Shown here in pieces: positions 56,411 through 64,000 of a stretch of 64,000 nt of DNA. The DNA lies in assembly GCF_000143415.4 (NCBI RefSeq), contig NW_003314280.1, forward strand, positions 922,235 through 986,234, given 5' to 3'. The notes below the pieces were generated by a model. That model did no database searches. It worked only from the letters and a program-made list of their open reading frames with translations, and was not told where the DNA came from. Within the stretch, counting starts at the first letter, position 1; every line of letters begins with the position of its first letter. Origin of the DNA: Selaginella moellendorffii (lineage: Eukaryota; Plantae; Lycopodiophyta). A program made the position numbers and the translations under genes.

Positions 56411-58666
56411 TCACCAGAAGTCGCCACACGAGCAGCAGCCATCGCTAAAGACGTGGAACCGGCTCGCATCTCTACACACAATGCGCCTGTTTTCCACCTT
56501 CGACAAAACAGCAGTGGCTCTGTGACAGTCATCGCACACTCTCAAGTTCTTGGCAATCCGTATCACCGTACCGGGAGCTGTATTAACGAGTGCAAATGCA
56601 ATGGCCAGCTTTTCGCTGTGGCCACAGAGAAGATTTTCCTTTTCAACGTCAGAGACATGGTGGACGAGACAGTTCTGGTCGGGAACATATCCTCCGGCCT
56701 TCATCTTCACTAGCACTTCCTCGAGCTTCTCCACGACGCCTTTGTGACGGCTCCAGTCTCCAGCTTTGAAACTGTGAACGTTCCCGGCCTCGTCGGTCCA
56801 CCAGCTCAAGCCGGGTTTCTTCCACGCCCGGAAGTTGTTCTTCATGATGAGCACCTGCGACTGCTCCTCCCACATCCCAGCTCTGCCGTAAATGTCCGCC
56901 ATCGACATATAAACAGCAGCGTCCTGCTCGTCGATCCTCAGCAGCGATTCAAAGGCCAGTCGCCCGACTCCAACGTTGGTAAACTTCTTGGCCGCGGCAA
57001 GTATCGTCTTCCAAGTCACTTGGTCCGCTTCAAACGGCATCTCGTGGACCAACTTCACGGCACTGTCAAGGTGATTGGCTCGGCCAAGCATGTCGATCAT
57101 GCAGTGGTAGTGCTTCATCTCGCGGCGGATTCCCAGCTTCAACGTCATGACCTCGAAGAAGTCCAGCCCGGATTCAACAAGCCCGGCGTGGCTGCAGGCA
57201 GTGAGAACGGACAGCAGAGTTACACCGTTGGGTTGAACGTCGGCTTCTCGCATGCTGTGGAACAGATCAAACACCTTGGTCGCGTCTCCGAGGTGACTAT
57301 ATCCTGCTATGAGCGAGCTCCAAGTTATCACCGTTCTCGCTCTCCCGGGCATCGAGTGAAAGACAAGCTCGGCTTCGGACATGCTGCCGCACTTCCCGTA
57401 GAAGTCCACCAGGCAGTTCGCAAGGAACATATCCTTATGGAGCTCCCTCCTGGACACAATCTCGGCGTGGAGCTTTCGACCGGTTTCTAGAGCTGCCAAG
57501 TTCCCGCAGACCATCAACGCGGCAGCGAAGGCTCGAGCATCCGGCTGCGTCGGTGCCATCCTTGAGAAGAGTCTCAGCGCTACTTCGGACTCCCCGTTCT
57601 CAGCGTAGCCGAGCATCAGCGAGGTCCAGGAGACCACGTTCCGCTGCTGGTGCTGGATGCTGTCAAACACCTTGCGGGCCTGGATCATGTTGCGGCACTT
57701 GGAGTACATCTCGACGAGCGAGTTGGCAACGAAGATGTTGGCGGCGACGCCGCTCTCCGCCGCCTGGGAGTGAAGAACCGATCCTTTCTCCTCCAGGCTC
57801 TGGATCAAAGCAGAAGAAGCGGCGTCCTCGCCTCTGGCCGCTGCCGCTGCCAAACTGGAACACGCCGTCAACGCAGCAACGAAAGTTCTGGCCTCGGGTG
57901 CTACTCCGATCATCCTGGAAAAGAGCTCCAGCGCGAGCTCGCCACTGCCGGTCTCGGTGTAGCCGAAGAGCAGCGAGTTCCACGACACGACGTCGTGCAG
58001 CGGCATCCTGTCGAAGACCATCCGAGCGTCGACCATGCTGCCACACTTGGCGTACATCGCCACCAAGCTATTCCCGAGAAAGGTGGTGCTGGAGTCGATC
58101 ATACTGCTAGCAGCGCGAGCGTGGATTCGCATGCCAAGCTCCAGCGATCGCGGTTTCACCACCACCGTCTTGGGATCCTCGGTTCCCTGTCCATGCTCGG
58201 TGTCGGCCATGGTGGAACACGCAGTGATGGCTGCGACGTAAGTTCGCGAGTCGGGTTGTATGGACTCGTCGTGGAAGAAGAGCTCGAGAGCTTTGTGGCC
58301 GTCTCCGTTGTCAGCGTAGCCCAGGATCACGGCGTTGAGGAGCGCCAGATCGTGGCAAGGGAGCTTATCGAAGAGCGATCGAGCGTCGGCCATGGTGCCG
58401 CATCTAGCGTACATGTCGATCACGCTGCTGGCGGCGACAATGCCTGTGCCAGGAGGGAGAAGAGATTTGGAGGAGAGAAGATAATGGATCCTCTTACCGC
58501 AGTCTAGGTCTCGCAGCGCCTTGCAAGCTCTCAATGCCGCGATCCAGAGAGGAATGGGGGAAGAATCGTGGAGCAATGCCGCCGTGATCGTGCTCCTGAC
58601 CGCGATCCAGATGGCCTGATCGAGTAGATTGCTTTGGCGAGTGACGAGGCATCGCGGGATGGCCAT
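56411..58666 (-). CDS. PLS-E-DYW PPR protein (C-to-U RNA editing factor), intronless
   Basis: PLS repeats, PG box (KKPGLSW), HSEKLA, KNLRVCDDCH, RDASRFH, CSCGDFW. Confidence 0.96.
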   Translation of the reverse strand: MAIPRCLVTRQSNLLDQAIWIAVRSTITAALLHDSSPIPLWIAALRACKALRDLDCGKRIHYLLSSKSLLPPGTGIVAASSVIDMYARCGTMADARSLFDKLPCHDLALLNAVILGYADNGDGHKALELFFHDESIQPDSRTYVAAITACSTMADTEHGQGTEDPKTVVVKPRSLELGMRIHARAASSMIDSSTTFLGNSLVAMYAKCGSMVDARMVFDRMPLHDVVSWNSLLFGYTETGSGELALELFSRMIGVAPEARTFVAALTACSSLAAAAARGEDAASSALIQSLEEKGSVLHSQAAESGVAANIFVANSLVEMYSKCRNMIQARKVFDSIQHQQRNVVSWTSLMLGYAENGESEVALRLFSRMAPTQPDARAFAAALMVCGNLAALETGRKLHAEIVSRRELHKDMFLANCLVDFYGKCGSMSEAELVFHSMPGRARTVITWSSLIAGYSHLGDATKVFDLFHSMREADVQPNGVTLLSVLTACSHAGLVESGLDFFEVMTLKLGIRREMKHYHCMIDMLGRANHLDSAVKLVHEMPFEADQVTWKTILAAAKKFTNVGVGRLAFESLLRIDEQDAAVYMSMADIYGRAGMWEEQSQVLIMKNNFRAWKKPGLSWWTDEAGNVHSFKAGDWSRHKGVVEKLEEVLVKMKAGGYVPDQNCLVHHVSDVEKENLLCGHSEKLAIAFALVNTAPGTVIRIAKNLRVCDDCHRATAVLSKVENRRIVCRDASRFHVFSDGCCSCGDFW

Positions 58667-58916
58667 GGCGCGGCGACCGGGGAGGCATCGTCGATTGATG
58701 GATGAATGTAGTTACCCGGGCAAGCTGGAAATTTTAGGGTTCTTCGTTTGCCTTTGCAGGGCCATTTCCCTCTGCTAGGGTTTGGGGTTTTCTGGCAGTC
58801 GGAGCTCGAGCTGCTGCCGGTGGCGGATCTGTGGCGCCCGACGCTGCGAGCAGCGGAATGCGAAGGCGCCTAGCGTAGATCTGACTCACCGGCTCTAGAT
58901 CTCGACGAAAAGCAAA

Positions 58917-61007
58917 ATGGTTTGGATCTGTCTGGATCAGGGAGTTATTTTCTCACGAATTTCGTGCGCTGATTGATGCAGGTAGTTCTAGCGTCCTCCA
59001 TTATCAACAAGAGCGGGAAAGGTGAGAAATTGAGGCTGCGATCCACTCGATCCTTGCGCTGATGCTGTCTCCTTTGTGATGTAATAGCGCTCGTTTCCCG
59101 GCAGTTTGTAGACATGACTAGAATACGAATCGAGGGCCTCCTCGCTGCGTTTCCCAAGCTCGTTGGCTCTGGCAAGCAGCACACATATGTGGAGACTGAA
59201 AACGTCCGGTATGTCTATCAGCCCATGGAATCCTTGTATTTGATCCTCGTCACCAACAAGCAAAGCAACATTCTAGAGGACCTAGAAACACTCCGGCTTC
59301 TCTCTAAACTGGTACTCTCTTTTTCTTTCCCTTAAGTGCTAAAGTTTACACCTTGATCTTCTCCCAGATTCCTGAGTACTGCACGTCTCTCGAAGAGGAG
59401 TCCGTTTGCAAGAATGGTTTTAAGCTTATCTTTGCGTTCGACGAGGTGATATGCCAGGGTCACAAGGAAGCCGTCTCGGCTTCTCAAGTAAAGGAATATA
59501 TGGAAATGGATAGTCAGGAGGAAAGGATGCATAGGATGATGATGCAGACTAAGATCAACGAGACTAAAGATTTGATGAAGAAGAAAGCGAACGAGATTGA
59601 CAAAAGCAAGGTAAATCTTGGAATTCTCTTGCATTCCGTTGCTGACGATTATTTCTTTTTTCAAGCTGGATAAAACAAGACCAGACAGAAGCGGAATCAT
59701 ATCTGTGCCTATCAGCTTCGACAATGGGTATGATCTTCCCTCGACTGGAAGAAGCAATGGAACTTTTGTGGCGGATGAAAGCAAGTCTAAAGGTATGCTT
59801 CTCGTACGTGCAAGCATGTCTAATTTGTAATGTCTGGAATTGCAGGCCGTCCTACAACAGCGGCAGCTGGTTCTAGCAAAAAGGGAATGCAGCTGGGCAA
59901 GGGACAGAAAACCAGCCGAATCATAGAGTGTCTGAAGGCCGAAGGAGAGGACATCGTCGAAGATGTTCAAGCTGCTGCCGTGGTAGGCTTGACAGCAAGT
60001 GTACCCACGGATCCCATCGCCGTTCTAGTCGAGGAGAAGATCACCGTCCAGTGTAAACGAGATGGTGGCTTGGAGTCGTTCGACATACAAGGCACATTGT
60101 CTCTTGTGGTCCAGAACAGAGACGACGCCTTCATTCGTGTCCAGGTACCATTTCTGGCCTTTTTCTTAATCTTATTCAACCGCTTTTTCGTACAGGTTGA
60201 AAACGGAGCCAACGATGGAGTTCAATTCAAACCTCATCCCAACATTGACAAAGATTTGTTTGCAAGAGAGAGCATTTTGGGCCTAAAAGATTCCCGTCGG
60301 CCATTTCCAACTGGAACTCCAACAGGGATTCTAAAGTGGCGCATGACAAGCAAAGACGAGTCTTTAATTCCTTTGAACAGTACGTTGGTTTCGCCAGCTT
60401 GTTTATGCCACTAACTAATGCTGTATGTTTCCAGTTAACTGCTGGCCTTCAATCTCCGGGGGCGAAACGTACGTGAGCATCGAGTATGAGGCGTCGCAGA
60501 GGTTCGAGCTTCAAAATGTGAAGATTACGATACCTCTACCCGCTCTCCGTGATCCTCCGACAGTCAATCAAGTGGACGGAGAATGGAGGTAATTCTCTGA
60601 TGTGTTTCTTCCCGTTTTAACTCTTTTGACATGATCGTAGGTACGACTCAAGACGATCAGTTCTGGAGTGGTCCGTAGTCTTGATTGACAACAGCAATAG
60701 GAAGTAAGCTAGAGCTCGCTTTACAGTTTGGCAGCAACACTCACTTGCATTGATTTCTTTCAGTGGAGCGATGGAATTCGTGGTCCCGGCAGCCGACGCG
60801 TCGGTGTTCTTCCCGATTGACGTCAAGTTCACTGCCACAAAAACATTCTGTGATCTCAAGGTACAAAGCCTTGTCACTCGATTTAACAGCGATTCCAATG
60901 GTGAACTTTGCCGCCAGGTTGTGAGCGTTCTTCAGGTGGATGGAGGCAACAGCGTGAGATTCGCCGGAAGCACGCAACTCCTAGCGGATAGCTATCAAGT
61001 GGTATAG
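58917..61007 (+). CDS. Coatomer subunit delta (delta-COP), multi-exon
   Basis: [76 protein letters not shown]. Confidence 0.96.
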
Positions 61008-61452
61008 CACCGGAAGACGATCGAGAAGACGAGGTGTCAGGAGATTTTGATTGGAAAGAAAACTTAGTTACTCTATTCATATCAAATAGCGTGCTAAACT
61101 TTGGACTAAAGGATGAGCAAAAACAAGCATTGCATAAAACTCTCTCTCTCCTCTGTGCGGTGGTTCTCATTTAACCATGGGAGAACCATAGTTTAGCTAC
61201 TTTAAAATGATACGAATATGCCTTTTTCGACTTTATAATACCCGGCATATTCTTCGAGGCTTGGCCACATTTTAAAAACTCTGTTAAGCCCTAAAACTTA
61301 GAGAGGCATGCGTGCCGTCCATTTGAACGGTGTAGATGTTACTACAAAGAACGATCCTTGCCGTGGATTTTTAGGGCAAGGGTTTATTTTCCGATTTAGG
61401 GTTTTTGCTCGTCGCGGCTGTGACCTAGAGGAGGAAGGAGAGGCGCAGCGCG

Positions 61453-62546
61453 ATGAAGCTCAACATCGCCAATCCCACCACGGGATGTCAGAAGAAGGTC
61501 GACATTGACGACGATCAGAAGCTGTAAGCTTGTCGCTTGGATCTCTGGATGGAATGGTGATTTTGTTCTCTTTTCGTGCAGGAAAATCTTCTATGAGAAG
61601 CGCATCTCGCAAGAGGTGCCCGGAGATGGGCTCGGAGAGGTGAATTCGTCGGCATTTGAGCTTTGCTGTTTGTTCTAAGATTTGCAGTGCAGGAATTCAA
61701 AGGCTATGTCTTCAAGATCATGGGAGGATGTGACAAGGATGGCTTCCCTATGAAGCAGGGCGTTCTCAAGACGAAGCGTGTGCGCCTCCTGTTAAACCGA
61801 GGTAAAACGATGCTTCTTTTTTCTTTTCTCCCTCTTTCGTTCTGATTTGAGATTCGTGACCAGGCGACACTTGCTTTCGTGGGTATGGGCGACGCGATGG
61901 TGAGCGGAGGAGGAAGTCAGTTCGTGGTTGCATTGTCAGCCATGATCTGTCTGTTCTCAATCTCGTGATTGTCAAGCAAGGTACTCCCATCTTTTCTGGT
62001 CTTTTTATTTTTTCCTCTTTGTTCATTTGATTTGATTCGTGATGTATTGTTTCTTCTTTCACGTTTGCAGGTGAGAAGCACTTACCCGATCTCACTGACA
62101 CCGAGAAGCCACGGATGAGGGGCCCTAAGAGAGCTAGCAAGATCCGCAAGCTCTTCAACCTCGACAAGGAGGACGATGTCCGCAAGTACGTGAACACGTA
62201 CCGCCGGAATTTCACGGCCCCCTCCGGTAAGTTCCTCCTCGGACCTTAAACCGTGCATCCAAACTCACTAGTGTCGTGTCGTGTCGTGAACTCCTAAAAA
62301 CCAGGCAAGAAGCGCAGCAAGGCCCCCAAGATCCAGAGGCTGGTTACTCCGCGGACGCTGCAGAGAAAGCGCGATCGCATTGCCGAGAAGAAGAGGCGCG
62401 TCCAGAAGGCCAAAACCGAGGCCGCCGAGTACCAAAAGCTGCTATCTCTTCGCCTCAAGGAGCAGCGAGAGCACAGGAGCGAGAGCTTGGCCAAGAGGCG
62501 GGCGTCTCGTCTCTCGGTCGCTTCCAAGAACTCCACCGACGTGTAA
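61453..62546 (+). CDS. RPS6: 40S ribosomal protein S6 (eS6), multi-exon
   Basis: [56 protein letters not shown] tail. Confidence 0.98.
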
Positions 62547-63015
62547 AACTCGATTGAGTTTTTTGTTCCTCTAAATTTTTGCTTAAAACGATCTTTCTCT
62601 ACTTTACACTTCTTTTAGCTTAGCTAGTGATATCTATATTATAGAAGTGGCCAATCCTCTAGAGTTTTGACACCGGGGTCGAGCAAGTTGTCCAGGAACT
62701 GGTACATGTAGATTTTATCATCAAAAGTTTGTGGTGTTTTTTTCTTCCTCCAGGAGAAGGATTTGATTGAGTTGGAATGCTTTGCAGCCTCAAGTTTTTT
62801 GGAGGTGGCAAGAATAAGGATGATTTGTTAAGGGATGCTATATAATGATAAGATGGATTTTAAGCAAAAGTCCAGATTATGCTATAACACTTTTCCAAAA
62901 CCTCAATTGGCAAATCCTTAAAGAAATAAAGTATTAATTTAAATTTAGCATAATGAATCACTATTGAGAATCTAGTCAAAACTATTATAATGTTATTTCT
63001 TACAAGAAAACTAAC

Positions 63016-63115
63016 NNNNNNNNNNNNNNNNNNNNNNNNNNNNNNNNNNNNNNNNNNNNNNNNNNNNNNNNNNNNNNNNNNNNNNNNNNNNNNNNNNNNN
63101 NNNNNNNNNNNNNNN
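63016..63115. other. Assembly gap (N run)
   Basis: 100 N. Confidence 1.
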
Positions 63116-64000
63116 CTAAGGTCAGGATACTACCAGATCAGGGTAGCAGAGGAAGATGTCGAGAAGACAACCTGTCGAACAAGGTATGGGAGCTTCAAGT
63201 TTCTAGTGATTCCCTTCGGGCTATGCAATGCGCCGGCAACGTTTTCAGCATTGATAAACCATATCTTTGTACCCTATTTGGATCACTTTGTGGTTCTTTT
63301 TCACAAATAACACCGGCGCCCTATACGGCGACTTGCTCAACCTAACATGCCCTTTGTCCACCAACTCCTCTAGTTGGCGCTTGAGCTCCGCAAGTTCTTT
63401 TTCGTTCAAATGATAGGGGGGACGAACCACCGCCTCAGCACCCTCGACTAGCTCAATCTTATGTTCTATCGGTCGTGCGGGGGGCAATTCTGCCAGTAGC
63501 TCCTCTGGCATGGTATCCTGGAATTGGTCCAACACCCGCTGGATCACTAAAGGTACTTCTTCCGTTCCAATCTTTTTGTGGCTTCTCACCGAGAGTAAGC
63601 ACAAAAATGCAGCCTTGGTCCCTTTAGTGAGTTGTCCTTTCGTGGACATCAGGTTTAAGCAAGAATCTTTGGCCTTGCATTGCCCTACCTTTAGATCCTA
63701 GGCCTCCACCCTAGATCTTCTTCCTTGGGCATTCGCCAGTACCACAAGGTTCCTGCCTTGTCCATGTAGGGCTACCACGAACCGATTGAACCAATCCATC
63801 CCGAAGATCACGTCAAATCCCACCATGTTCAACACGGTGAAGTCCATGTCTACTTTCCAAGTCCCTACTTCGACTCTCGCTTGTCGAAGTATCTCATCGG
63901 TGTTTTGGCTACCTTGAACAAACTTTATAGTCCTTGGTTCACCCAGCCGCTGCACCATTAGTCCGGCTTGCCGGACTATGTCTGCAGCCACAAAATTATC
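63116..64000. mobile_element. Degenerate Ty3/gypsy pol fragment with an internal inversion
   Basis: + strand: [10 protein letters not shown]...[11 protein letters not shown]...YLDHFVV; - strand: [37 protein letters not shown]; in-frame stop present. Confidence 0.9.

Noticed and set aside
56411-56700. DYW:KP (U-to-C) type editing domain
   Set aside because: The domain has a PG box, HSEKLA and a DFW terminus, consistent with a canonical C-to-U type.

Overview
Gene-dense land-plant nuclear DNA with very short (~50-70 bp) GT-AG introns and tiny intergenic spacers. Together with several PLS/DYW PPR genes, an SLT-type Na+/sulfate transporter and an Lsi2 silicon exporter, this points to a lycophyte, most likely Selaginella (inference, not a database match). 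About 25 intact protein genes are recognisable: pectate lyase, GH81-PR1-GH81, two PPRs, VPS34, ATI1/2-like, Lsi2, LRR-RLK, aldo-keto reductase, SPH, IFR-like reductase, NPF6-like, HINT, O-fucosyltransferase, uL23m, Obg, class III peroxidase, Ran, Alba, serine acetyltransferase, SLT, delta-COP and RPS6. The window also holds a two-LTR Ty3/gypsy element inserted in a (TA)n tract, two copies of a MITE, several pseudogenes, an accessory island with a ~420 aa orphan ORF, and an internally inverted gypsy fragment beside an assembly gap. Most notable: (1) a head-to-head serine acetyltransferase / SLT sulfate transporter pair; (2) an LRR receptor kinase combining an RLP-like island domain (Kx5Y + ~4 LRR) with a non-RD kinase; (3) a gypsy element whose gag deletion fuses the start codon directly to pol while a -1 frameshift signal (GGGAAAC plus stem/pseudoknot) is still visible; (4) a candidate miRNA-like foldback; (5) further functionally coherent neighbours (uL23m/Obg, ATI/VPS34). 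All protein identities come from motif recognition by eye, and exon boundaries were read manually.
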